A stretch of DNA of 64,000 nucleotides from Lobosporangium transversale (lineage: Eukaryota): assembly GCF_002105155.1 (NCBI RefSeq), contig NW_019029011.1, forward strand, positions 248,001 through 312,000. The letters run 5' to 3'. A program made the translations under genes and the position numbers. The notes beneath the pieces are model-generated. The model worked only from the letters and a program-made list of their open reading frames with translations. It was not told the DNA's origin and searched no databases. Position 1 is the stretch's first letter, and each line of letters opens with the position of its first letter. Positions 24,865 to 38,179 of this stretch are shown piece after piece.

Positions 24865-27800
24865 TAACAATAACAATAACAATAACAATAACAATAACAA
24901 TAACAATAACAACAATAGCAGCCATCTCTATACTAATAACGACAGCATCCATCCTTTTCACACTCTCAGCAATAATTATCAACATCAAAGCTCTTTGTCA
25001 TCATCTGGAGATATACGACAACACCAGCAGCAGCAACAACGGCATCAGGAGCGATATTGGGATGACTCCTATTTTATGTATTTGGCACCGATTGCGACGA
25101 GTCTGCTGACCTGTCATGGGGACCATTTCTTTGATGTAGTTTGTGAGGAACTAGCGGTGAATTTGGGGGTCAAGTACGCATTTATCTCTCAGCTGGTGAG
25201 TTTGGATGAGCTCAAAGAACTGGATCCTACTGAGTATATGAATTTAATTGAGCAGTTTGGAGGCGTCGTGCCTCCACTTGATGGAGTGATGCATAATATC
25301 TCGAGCTGGCCAGGGCAGTAAGTTTTTTCTTTTTTTGAAAAAAAAAAAAAAAAAATTGTAACATTGAGTCATAACGACAATTTTTTTTTTTTTTTTTTTT
25401 TATTGTTGTTTCAAAGTTCATACATCAATCCACATGCCTTTCAAGGATATCTGGCAGATTGCACAATCCAAGACAAAGTGACATTTTTGGATGCCAATCT
25501 GGCAGATAAGTATCAGGATGTGGCCGAATGTTTGATGGATCGCACGATCGAATCCTATGTGGGAATGCGTCTTGAGACAGCTCAAGGTGAGATTGTTGGA
25601 ATCATTGGGGTTATCCATGATCGTCCATTGACTGAACACGACGGAAGGGTTGTAAAGATGATCCTGGATCAAGTTGGTATTCGTGTTGCCAATGAGCTGG
25701 ATCGATTGAAGGTCGAGGCTAATCTGATTTATGCTCGCGATGTGGCTGAATCGACTGCAAAGAACAAGACCAAGTTCTTGGCAGACATGTCTCATGAGAT
25801 CAGGTACTTTAAAAATACAAACATGCATACAAAAAAAAAAAAAAAAAAAAAAAAGAATCATGCGAGATTAATAGCTTTTCTAACGCCTTGGCGCTGTTAA
25901 TTTTGGTGAATACTGTACTTATTAACTTGCTTTTTTTTTTTGTTATGGCTGAACAAATAGAAACCCAATGAATGCTGTCGTTGGAGTCACTGATATCCTT
26001 TTGGACACAGTAGGCCTTTCGGAGGAACAGACTAGCTATATTGAAGTCATCCGAACGAGTGGACAACACTTGTTAACTGTAAAGTTTTTATTTTATTTTT
26101 TGTTAAAAAAAAAACAATGCAGGTGCTCTTTCTCCCACATCTTAGAAAGCATACACGACGTTTCATCTGCTGATCTCACTTATTGTTTGATGAATATCAC
26201 TTTAGGTCATCAACGATATCTTGGACATTTCTCGAATCGATCAAGATGTCAAATTTATGCTTGAGAGAAGACCGCTCAGTCTACGCAAGTGTTTGAAAGG
26301 TAATGTGTCCCTCCGCAGTATTGTCATCAGAAAAGAGCCCGCAGAAGGTCAAACACACAAGTTATATACCATCTTTTTTTTTTTTTTTTTTTTTTTGTCT
26401 CTATCCAACGCTCATCAAAAAAAAAAAAAAAAAAAAAGGTTGATGTATATTAGTGTGAATCTATTGGAGAGGAAAAAAAAGTCAATTGGAGGAACACATG
26501 CACATAAGAACATGTGTGTTGGAGAGTGTAACATGGCTGTATGAGAGTTGGGCTACATCATCTCCGTGACACAAAAAGATCCGACGGTGTCAGCGGACAA
26601 ACAAAAATATCCCTTCATTAACATGTGTATTCGAGGAATGATAAGTTCCATGGTATGGGGATGTCGGCATAAAAAAAACTTTTTTAGCTCGGTACCTCTG
26701 CGGACGTTGTTTTTATTATGCTTGTGTATAAAAAAACGTGTGCGTAATATGATGTAGGAATGAGCATTGAGCATTGAGCATTGAGTATCGGTTGGCGTGC
26801 ATTTGGTTGAATAGACCTCCATGGACAGCATCTGTGTTTGTGTCGATCGATTACAAAACAGCGAATGTAATTGGCTCTCAACATGCGTCTACGTGTTTAT
26901 TATTGTTATAATATTTATACCGTTACTCTTATGTTACTATCGTTATGATATATATATGTTATGATATATATTTGTTATTATATTAATATATATTATAATT
27001 ATTAATCATTATTTGTTTATAATTCTTATTATTATATATCACTACTGATTTATTATTATTTATTATAATTTATTTATTATTCACATCAATTACTTTTCAA
27101 TAGATGCGGTGAGTCTGGCAGGCCTAACACCTTTGCACGATGTCTCGAGATCAATCAGTGTGATTGAATGGCCCCACGACATGGATGATCTGGGTCCGTT
27201 CAGTGACATTGGGGAGGAGACTAATGTCTTGCCATTGCTCTGGAGTATTGATCCAGATGTACCAGAACACCTTTTGGGCGACATCACTCGGCTTCGACAA
27301 GTCCTCATCAATCTTTGTACCAACTCGCTCAAGTTCACACAACGGGGACGTGTTTCGGTCCATGTCTCGATTCATCAGCCTAATAATGTTCAACTTCCCA
27401 TCATTCGACCAAATTCCTCATCTATGGTGATGAGATCTTTGCCCAATACAGGGCAACATGGATCAGGAATAGGGGCAGGGCCTGGAAGCGTAGATGGAGA
27501 TACGGCCTCATTACCAACGTCACCCATGTTACTTGGTAGCGACCATAGAACACCGATGGTTTTTCAACAGCGGTATGATGTCAAAGCAGCGGAGAGTAAC
27601 AGTCATAGTAGCAGCATTCAAATCAAATCTGCAGCAGCATCGACGCGTCGTCGTCAAGCAGATAAGCAGCGTCACGTCCCGACTGCAGCCATGGTAATTG
27701 GATCATCTTCTAATAGCAGTGCCAACCACAACAACCACAATGACCATCCTCATCCTACTTCAATGTCATCCTACTCTTCTCCACTTTCCAGCGCATCGGT

Positions 27801-28124
27801 CTCAGTTTCTGCAGCAGGACCACCATCCATGACTGTTATGGCACCAACGGCTAATTCATTGCATGAAGACAAGATGGATGAGAACACTGTGATTCTAGAG
27901 TTTGCAGTATCGGATACAGGCGTGGGTATTCCAGCTAACAAGATCACAGAGCTGTTCAGATCGTTCTCACAAGTCGATATCTCGGTCAGTACTCGGTTTG
28001 GTGGTACAGGACTGGGACTAGCTATTAGTGCTAGTCTTGTAGAGAAGATGGGAGGCAACATCTGGGTCGAGAGTACGGAAGGCGTGGGGTAAGTTTCAAT
28101 ACAAATGATTAATTTTATCCTCTC

Positions 28125-28166
<42 letters not shown>

Positions 28167-30846
28167 TAACTCTCTTTATAATCTGAAACACTTGGCTAGT
28201 TCTCGATTTACATTCACTATTCCATTCACTGTCTGTCAGTCATCCGAGACTGAGACTGATCCGTCTTTAACTGCACCTTCATCGCCTGCTTCTGGCCCTA
28301 TGCGATATGATTCTGTCAATCGAAGCAACAATTTAGACTCTTTTTTGTTACCAGCCTCGGTTAGCATGCCAACTGTTGCTTCTACCATCTCTACAACAAT
28401 TAATACAGCAACTACAGATTTATCAACGCCTGTGATATTAGAATCGGCATCAGGATCAGCATCAACATCAGCATCAACATCAGCATCAGTATCAGTATCA
28501 GGATCAGCATCCGAGGCATGTAAAAACGTGGATATTCAGGAGTTCCCTAGCTTGATCGTTAGTAAAGGTATCTCGGATAAAGCAGTAGGAAAGAAGAAGA
28601 TACCATCTCCCAGTATTACATCAACAACTGTCAAGACGACACCGACTGACCTAACAATATCAATAACAACAACATCACCATCAACAGCATCACCATCAAC
28701 AGCATCACCATCAACAGCATCACCATCAACAGCATCACCATCAGCATTACCATCAGCATCAATAACATCAGTATCTGAAAACATCAATATTACCGTTCCT
28801 GCTGCTACTATTGTTGCTAGCAAACCAACCGGTAGCATGAGCATGACGCCCACATATGCTAAGGTGGTAGAATCGAGTCTTAAGCCACTGGCGATCGATG
28901 GTCGACCACTCCGGATTTTGCTTGCAGAAGACAATGTTGTGAATCAGAAGATCGCAGTGGGTGTGTTGAAGAAACTTGGGTATACAGACGTAGATGTGGC
29001 AAAGAATGGACTCGAGGTCATTGACAAGTTAGATGGTGGCTCCTCATACGATGTCATCTTGATGGATGTAACTATGCCAGTTATGGATGGGTTAGACGCT
29101 ACAAAAACTATTGTGGAAAGACGAAAACGTGGGTTACTGCTTCAAGCTGCAGCCGAGACTGTTACGGGTGTAGAGGTAGAAGGTGGAGTAGCTAGTACTT
29201 TGACAGGTTCGCAAAAGAATGAGGAGGAAGGAAAGAAGGAAGGAGTCGTAACCATTAGCAGTACAGAGGCGACTATAACCTGCGATACAACCTCCATTAC
29301 GGACATTAGCACCATCAAAGTTACTGAAAAACTCAATAACTACAAGGACTTCTTGAATGTTTATGTGATTGCTCTGACAGCTTCAGCCATGGTGTCAGAC
29401 AAGGAAAGATGTATGGAGGCGGGAATGGATGATTTCATGACCAAGCCTTTTGCACTCCTGGAGATGAAACGTGTACTGAATGAGTTTATTCAGAGACGGA
29501 ATAATGGTGCAATCCAAACCAGGAATGAGATCTGTCTCGCAGCCGCTACATTGGCTCTAAAGACTAGTCGGTGCAATTCTCCAGGTTGTCAAGCAGGGCT
29601 CTTCTTAAGAGAGAATGGTATGACGGCGATGTCAGGAAGTGGTCGGTCTTTGACTCCGACTTTAGGACGATCTTCTAGTAATACCAGTTCATCAACGAGT
29701 CTAGTGGATTTTGGTACTATTCCTAATGCGCCTACCGAATGCACAGGCTGCGGTGGAATACTTCCTGGTCTTGGAGAAGATGTTCAAGGAGGTCATGAGA
29801 ACAGCTTGAATGGATCTACTCACAATGGTCATGGTACAATTAACGGAGGATTAAATGGTCTTGCATCCTCTTCATCGCCTAGCTCTGCATCCCAGAGCCG
29901 CTTCAATTGTCGCATGGATGCGCCACGTCCCCTTCGACGGAACCTTGAAAGTCTTGCTTGCAGTCTATTTACAGGGAGGCGATCCCATAGCGACACTGTC
30001 GCTACTGTTGCCACTGTCAATAACAATAGCAGCAACGGTAACAATAGTAACAGCAGCAGTGGCGCTATTATAAGCGTCTCTGGACTTCCGGGGGGATCAT
30101 TGGGTGGGATGGTCATGAATGGAGTGAGTCCCTCGCGACGACCATCGGATATGTTGTCGTTTCCAAGGCGCGACTGGCGGTCGTCAGGGTTGGGTATGAG
30201 TAATAACCACAATGGTTTTGTGAACGGTATTCAGGATGTTCACCCCCTAGACACCAGTGATTCTGATCACCATGAACACACTCAATACCACCAGCAACAG
30301 GCACTTCCAACGCACCTACGTGTCAAGAGGGTCCTATCTCCTAGTAATTTGTCCAAAGAACAAGAGCCAATGAGCCAGACTCCAACTCCGATTCCAGCTG
30401 GCAGTAATAGCATCAACACATGTAGGCCAATGCCTTCACCTCTTAGTCCTCTGAGTCTATTGACGACTGATACTATGGACTCATCCTCGTCAATCTCACC
30501 TCCGCTCTCGTCTGCTTCTTCCCCAATTGAGTCAGAATCAGTTGGACGATCTTCCAATGAATCTTCCTCTTCATCATCATCATCTCGCTCTTCAACTTCA
30601 GTAGCAGATTCATCGATATCCTCCTCTTCCAAGGACACTACCACTACAGCGTATTTCTCTGTTCGATCTAGTCTGGACGATACTTTGATGGACAATATTA
30701 TTAGTAATAGTGGTAATAATGATATCGATAGCAACGGCAGTGGTACCAATACTTCCAATATGATCACAACGGAGAGTACGACAACAGCCACGGCGACGAT
30801 GACGAAGGCAGTAACAACGGCCAAGCAGGCTTCCGTGATGGCTTGA
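22323..30846 (+). CDS. Hybrid sensor histidine kinase (PAS, GAF-like, HisKA, HATPase_c, receiver)
   Basis: [28 protein letters not shown]-box [106 protein letters not shown]. Confidence 0.95.
24827..24916 (+). repeat. Coding (AAT)n/(AACAAT)n microsatellite encoding 30 Asn
   Basis: Read directly in kinase exon 2. Confidence 0.95.
28669..28760 (+). repeat. Coding 15-bp minisatellite ACAGCATCACCATCA (TASPS) x4 plus degenerate units
   Basis: Exact units start at 28684, 28699, 28714 and 28729. Confidence 0.9.
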
Positions 30847-31082
30847 TGGGCATGATATCGTCTTTCTTTTCTTCCCTTTCATTTTAATCATCCTCGTCAG
30901 CTACAACAACCGTAAGAACAGGAAACAAACCGTAGTGAATGCTATTGGCATATTTATTCATACCTGTATTTCATAAGGAGCATTATTTTGAACTTTGGAT
31001 CGATATTGTGGAGAGAAAGGAAGGGGTTACGGTAAAGCGAACCCCGTTTAAATAATCATCAATCAACTTTTGTCAATTTTTA

Positions 31083-31085
<3 letters not shown>

Positions 31086-31133
<48 letters not shown>
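31086..31133. repeat. (TTA)n microsatellite (a similar tract lies at ~28126-28165)
   Basis: Read directly. Confidence 0.9.
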
Positions 31134-31134
<1 letters not shown>

Positions 31135-31434
31135 TCATACAAAATACACATTTATATTTTCATTCGGCATGTAGATTGTTTTTATTACCAACATTCCTTC
31201 TCTTATTATTTGATAGCATTTTTTATTTTATTTTATTTTTTTTCCAATTTGTACTTTCTCTTTTTCCCTATAGCCCCAATCTCTCATTGTATTTATCACT
31301 TTCTTCATCATCTAATGTAGGTTTCCTTTAAATAAGATAAAAAAGTAAAGAAAATAAATAATAATAAAAGCAAGAAAAACAAGTGTATATTTTTATAACT
31401 GGATTCTATAACATGAAGGATCGCAAAAAAAAAA

Positions 31435-34400
31435 TCAATGAAGCTCAACATCGTGCATGTAGTTACCAAACTCCACACTCTCCTGCATGATCAGGCGTGC
31501 TTCCTCTAAAGTAATCACACTATGATCTTTTCCTTCCTTTAAGTCGCTGCTACCACGCATTATTTTCGCTTGATCCTCTGCGATCAATCGCAGACCGGCT
31601 TCAGGAACGAGGACATGCTGAATATATTCAATCGGTGTTTGTGGACGAGCTCGTTCATGCGTCAATATATTAGTCTCCAAGAACATGCGCGCAAGAATTT
31701 TGGATAATTCTGCCGAACCCTTGGAGCCATAGTAACCTGGCTGAAAATATCATTAAAAAAAAAAGAGGAGGAGAAAGAAAGCGCTTGGTCAATGCAAATG
31801 TAAGTCATAGAAACAATGGTGCTGAGCAAAAAATGAACACACGAAGCGTTACCATGGTGCGCTCCACATTGGCCATGATAACGTGTGGGTTACGTGCTCC
31901 TTGAGTACCTAATTGCTTATATTGGTTCAAAGCCATATCCAAGAACGTACTTGATACCGTTCCTTCAATAATACACCTTAGCTGAGACTCTATTTTAGAG
32001 ACTCGCTTGGATAATTCATGGAATTTGATATAGAATGGATAATTGTTCTGGATACCCAAAGGTACGATCCGTGCTTCCGCAACGTGGACACGGCAAAATT
32101 CGAATTTGTCAAGCAGAGACATTTGGTTGCCTGGCCTCCTTAGCAATGACAAACCTTCATCCTCGTCGTCAACACTGTTGTCACTGCCATTATCATCACT
32201 CTCAATTTTAATGACAGAGTCTTCTGCTGGACGGGTATTGCTATTGCTGTTGTTGCTGTCGGCACCGAAATCCTGGATCTTATTTTTGAGCCGTTCCAAC
32301 CTTCGTGGACGCGGCTGGCTATTCCTTTTGGTCCTTGAGGCACCCGCCTTGCTTTCGTCTAAGAATTTATATGATCGTTCAGGAAAAGAAGAAAATTCAA
32401 CAGATGGATTGAGATCAGCGTCAATAACGCGTTCTCTTTTGGCTTGCTTCTGCTTAATACGTTCCTGTCTTTCTTGTTCTAGCTGCTCGATTCGCTGCTG
32501 TTGAGCAAGGACCTTTGTCCAAGCGTTGGAAAGACGCGTTGACATGTTTTTTGGAAGTTCGTCTCCACAGTATGGACATATAATCTCATCATCGCTACTT
32601 TTTTTAGTATCTAGGAAAGTGTTATTAAAATAAAAATAGCACTTGGCTGATTAATAACATATTGGCTAACAACTCAAACTGTAATTCATGAATTATAAAT
32701 TATTTACATGAGACAGGAAGATCATCATCTGGCAAGAAATAGTATTCGTCTAGCGCACAAGCTCGCTGCCGTTTCCGTCGTGGGGACGGCAGTTGAAACT
32801 CAGATGAACTGAATATTCCAGAAGGCGATGGAGATAGATTAACGGCTTCATCGTCTATTTCTTTTCGCGATGTGCTACGTTTTTGAGGCGTGCCTATTAT
32901 GGGAGAAGGCGATCGACTCATCCCAATGTTTCTTAAAGGAGTGCAAGCCCGTTCGGGGCTAATGACGCTATCAAGCTCACGACTTGTTATCTTGCCGCTT
33001 TCCTTCTTTTCAGTGACCATCCTAGTGCTGTCAGAGGCCCGCGATCGCCCTCGCATGCTAATAGCACGAGTAGGCGCTTGGCTATTTTCCACAGGTAACT
33101 CCGAGTTTAGATTCGTATTTCTCATCCAATTCGAAGTCGTTAGTGCTATCTTCGGCTTCTCTCCACCCCCCAGTGTTAACTTCTCCCTCCGCCCGCCCCT
33201 ATCCCTCGTCAGCGAGACAGATTCTGGCTTCAGACTGGCTCCATGCTTCATAGTCAACTGTGTTAATCGTTCCATAGCTTCTTTTGATTTGAATATTTGT
33301 TCCAGTTTTTCAGGTCCAAAAATATCCTTGTAAGGCTCAAGTAGCTTCCCAGTATTGATCGATGGCACTGGTGTAATGGCTGTTCTTATTTTGATTAGAC
33401 TTTGGGGCTTTTTGACCTCTACACCAGCCCGTTTGACCTTGGAGAAACCAACAGAATTCGGGCGTTGTTGCTGAAAATCATCACTCTCGGACCCTTTATC
33501 ACCGCTATCGCTATTGAAATTAAAGGTTCCGCTCACTTCCTTTTCTATTGATCCTTTCAAACTGATCTCATTACCCTTATGAGAAACCGACTTTGCACGT
33601 ATGTCATTAATCTTTGGACCTTTAATAGGGGACGATAACGAAAATGACGGTGAATTTAATCTTGTGGTGATTAATGTTGAAGGAATAAGAGAAGAAGACT
33701 CGGAGCTCGACGTTGGTGATGATATACCTAACGGCTGGGCTGCAAACGGATCCGCATCTTCCAGGTCAGAGTCAGATTCAGGATTTGATAAATCTCCTTG
33801 CAACTTAGTATGCTTGGCCTGATAGATAGGTGTACGCTTTTCTGTTTCTGTTGAAATTGGGTCGATGCAGATATCACTCACGTATTGCTTTTCTTTTATC
33901 ATACGCCTAACGACAGTGCTGCCACCAAGACGCATTCGTTGCTTATGGTTCAGAGCATCATAGTCCTCCAAGGTTGAGGGTGTGTTCGGCAATGTGGCGA
34001 TCGGTTCTATTTGTAACTTTGATCGATGTTTCTTCGGGCGTGATATTGAGGAAGTGTCAACAAAGGGAGAACTCGGGTTTGGCTTTGTCAATATTGGGCT
34101 CTCAAACGTCGATCTTTGTGATAGGGGATCAAATAGTGGCGATGATGGAGGAGAAGGTGAAGAAGTAATAGAAGGTTGCTCTATAATTGCACCCTTGATG
34201 TGCCGTAGTGACTGAGGAGACTTAATAGGTGATCCTAAAGGAACATGTTGTTTTTTTGGTGTTTTCTGTTCTGATGGAAGCACTTTCTTAAAGGACTGGT
34301 CTTGACACGTCGGCGACTCTTTTTGGATTGGGGTATTTCGATCTGGTCTTCTAGATGAGGTGGATAGACTCGGTGAAGACGTTCTAGCGAATTTTTCCCG

Positions 34401-34730
34401 CTGACCAGGCTCGATATCGCTGTTACAACTGCTTTTGGTCCTACCACTAGCATTAACTGGAGATTGTTGTTGTAATGGCCTGCTGTTCGCATGTATTTTC
34501 GATGATAGAGTATTTGTCGTAGTCAATGAAGGTGACGAAGCTGGTATTAGGTTTAAGTTCTTCGGATTTTTGGTTTTCTTGATATCATCCTCGGAGCTAT
34601 CCGAATCCACAAACCGTTGATGACAACGAATCTGAGAGGCATCCGTCGCCTTCGAAGAGCTTTTGATTTTGTTGTCCATAGTTTGACTGTGACTCTGGCC
34701 CGTCCTATGTTGTAGCCTTTCAGGCGTCAT
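31435..34730 (-). CDS. RTC4: RTC4 (restriction of telomere capping 4)-domain protein with long disordered N-terminus, 3 exons
   Basis: CPYCGDELP; FCRVHVAE; PGYYGSKG; YIQHVLVPEAGLRLIAED...LEEARLIMQESVEFG. Confidence 0.8.
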
Positions 34731-35529
34731 TAAGAAGATATGTCATTTCCCTGCCACGTCGCTACTGCATCCCATAATATGAAGAAATAGGAAAGACAAG
34801 ATCAGCGATCCCCTTTTTTTTTATGCGATCGCTCTTCTTCAGCTCCCTGAGCGCCACTAATACATGGAATCCGCATGAACATGGCAGTCGCCTGTGACAA
34901 TGGCATTAGACATAACATGGCGATTAACCAATAATCCCAATGAACATCCTTCGCCCCCTTGAGCTTTACGACCTAAATCGCTTTCTACGAACCTGTTGTC
35001 TCTGACTGCGCCGTTGGAGCCGTAATTAGACAAAATGGTTGACAATTTTGACGAAAGAGTACGAAAAATCAGTTTTTTTTTGGCACATTACAGGCTCCCC
35101 TTAATCATAATAAACTTGCACAAACACAAATTCATATAATATCCGAAACTTCATGTGGGGTCAAAAGAGAGCGTCCCTATTTCAGTATATACTATCGTTA
35201 CTCACATCCTTCACGCAGTGCACATCCCTGGGCGTGTTTTCCCTCAGGTGCTAATGTGCGCTTGGTGAAAGGGGCAGGTGTTACGCTTTGACTGAGAAAA
35301 ATGATCTAAAATAAAATGACGGGTATTTTTGCCCGTGTGATCGTAGCAAGTCAAAACAAATTTCTGCTCAGCCACATCGCTTTTCTTTTTTATTTCACAC
35401 CATTCAGTGTGTTACACTCATTATACATACCCTCCATTCCTGCACTTGTAAAAGCAACGACAATTGGTTTCATTAAAATCTAGTTGTATACCCAACATTC
35501 CCGGCTTGAGGCACTTCTAAAAAAAAAAT

Positions 35530-36753
35530 ATGTCACGAGGTGGAGGACGTGGAGGACGTGGCGGAGGACGTGGAGGCGGCCGCAGTGGACCAAACATTCA
35601 AATGTTTGGACCTGACGCTATCCATCCAACATTCAACAATCCAGGAGAAACATATCCCGTATGGTTTTTTATTTATTCACCACTATTCAAATTTAACCTG
35701 AAAAACTCCTGCTGACAAGATTTGTTGATGGGATGATCAATTCTAGGATATAGTTCTGCCTGTTGCCAAGGAAACTACGGACAGGGAGATAGAGATGTTT
35801 ATGAAAATGAAGAAACTGAAAGATATTTACTATTCAAGTTCATATTATCTCACGGAACCTCGGAAACCCAGTGGTAAAGCGACAACAGTAAAAGAAAAAA
35901 AGGGTTTAGGTAACCATTGGAATGATGTAGTGTTCTAAATTATGGATTGTGTTGATTTATTGTTAGCAATTGTCAGATACACGGATCGATACCATGAAGA
36001 TATGGCTGCAACGCGACCAAAGCTAGAAACTATCAAGTCAAGTATGTATCTGCTTCTGTATGGATGGTCGATATTAATTAAAATGATTTAATCTTAATGA
36101 GTCAAAGACAATTACCATCTTGAATAAGAAATGCCAACTTCAGAATGGCTGGAAAAAGGACACAATTTCTTCTCTTATATAAGTCAATTGTAGTAGGGAT
36201 TGAAGTTTCGGACAATGGCGGAGCTTACTGTTTCTTGCAAACGATGTATCCTTTTCCTTCATTTTTTTTTTTTTTTTTTTTTTGTGGATATCATGAACAA
36301 AGTAATGCGCACCTCATGCTTTCCTTTCGATGTTTATTTTTACATTATTTAGATAAAGCATTCTTCCCAGATGAGCTTCATTCTATTCTAGACCCGAAAG
36401 CCGTTAGAAGTAAGCATTGGCAAATATACTGGTTTGCTTAGATATCGCGGTATAGGAGATTAATATATTTTCTTTTTGGACCGAAATATTTTGTTTTTTC
36501 TTCAATAGAACGCAAGACTGTACGGAGGAATATCGATCTTAGTAAATTGGGCGAGGACATCGATGAAGGCGAAGAAGAAATTGATCCAGAAACTGGGCTA
36601 GCAAAGAAAAGCACAGAAGAAGACGAAGAGGTTGAGGATGAAGAATATGAGGATGATGAGGATGCAGAAGAAAATGATTACGTGGAGACATATTTTGACA
36701 ATGGAGAAAATGATATCGACCTTGACGGAGATGAAGATGCTGTAGAATACTAG
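35530..36753 (+). CDS. RPC31: RNA polymerase III subunit Rpc31/RPC7, multi-exon
   Basis: RGG-rich start; RYTDRY; FFPDEL; acidic tail ENDYVETYFDNGE. Confidence 0.88.
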
Positions 36754-37058
36754 AAGAACAAAAGCATTTAAAGCAAATTGACGTACCTTAACATGGAGAA
36801 ATCAGCTATTAATAATACAACAATATGAAATGGTCCTTATCGTCAATCGTCATCATGTCTACATATTGGATATTTTTATTTGTTGTGGGATATTTTACAA
36901 AAAAAGGATGATAACCATTTAACATAGTTTTCGAATCCATACACATAAAAGACGCTATGGAAACAAATGAGTAGGATGATCATCAAAGGATGAGTTGAGA
37001 ATCAAACATAAAAATCTTTGCACTTTCAATATTGTCTCTCTTGTTCCTACAAGTCTTC

Positions 37059-37853
37059 TTAGTCATCATCGTTGTCAAAACGGTCATAGGGCTTGCTTCT
37101 CCGAGGCCTGTCATCATCCCTGTCATCCCTATCTCTTCCCCTCTCCCTTTCCCTTTCCCTTTCCCGATTGCGGTCCTGTGCTGCTGTCTTAGCTGCCTTT
37201 CCAGCGGCATTTACAGCCTCACAAGCGTCGATCCAGTCATGATAAACATCGACAGCATGGCTTAAATCTAGAAGATCCAAGTTTTAGTGGGAAAGACACA
37301 AAAAGAGATTTTAGTTTTTTTATTGTTATTATTTTTATTTAATCAAGTCAAAATCAACCCATGTTATGAAACAGCCACCAGATCAAAAAAGTTTGACACT
37401 GCTTATATGTCGCCATTGATACTGTCCAACAGCTTTCACAGAGTGCCGCATAATACTGATATCCGTATCCATGCTCTAAAAAAAAAGAAAAAAGAAATGG
37501 TTCCTGCATGCACTTACAATTGATAGCACAGGAATAGTTAACCCCACACATACGGCACTGAAGATGGCCGACTTTCTGGTCGAAATCGCTAATTGATTCA
37601 AATTGATGGAGAGGCAATAATGACAGAAGTTAGACAATTCATAGATCGCATAGATCTATGGGCTTTTGATCCAAAATTATCTTTTTTTTTTTTATTGTTA
37701 TTGTTGTTTCTGAATATGAGAGGAAAGGAAAATAAAGCCTTACAGCTTGCAATTGATGGATTTTTCGTGGAAGCAAGCGACACAATCGAATTGACTGTCT
37801 AGCACTTTCTTAACCTTTGCCTGGGGCTTGCGAGCGCTCTTTCTTTTACCCAT
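37059..37853 (-). CDS. ELF1: Transcription elongation factor Elf1/ELOF1 with RE/RD-rich tail, 3 exons
   Basis: MGKRKSARKPQAKVKKVLDSQFDCVACFHEKSI...GHLQCRMCG...VDVYHDWIDACE. Confidence 0.93.
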
Positions 37854-38179
37854 AACAGAAGATTACTGTCGTTAATATTATGATTGAGTAGATAATAGAG
37901 CTAAATGTAAGGATAGAATACGGTTTAAATAATATGCTGCTTCTATTAAACAAGGAATATTACAAAAAAAAAAGAATATGATGGGTAATGGGTAATGGGT
38001 AATGGTTTGTTGAACATTGAGCGAAGCACAACATTTATACATTTATTAATTCACCGTGCACGTGACAAAATTTTAATCAATTTTGTTGTTGTTTTCTTTC
38101 TGTTTCAATGGAGCCTTTGGTCATTGTCTCCTCTTATCCTCCTGCAACACACAGTTATTCCTAATTATATTGTGCTGCC

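Noticed and set aside
36246..36255. GTATCCTTTT as a U12-type donor
   Set aside because: Lies in the middle of an ordinary GT-AG intron of RPC31; no exon requires it.
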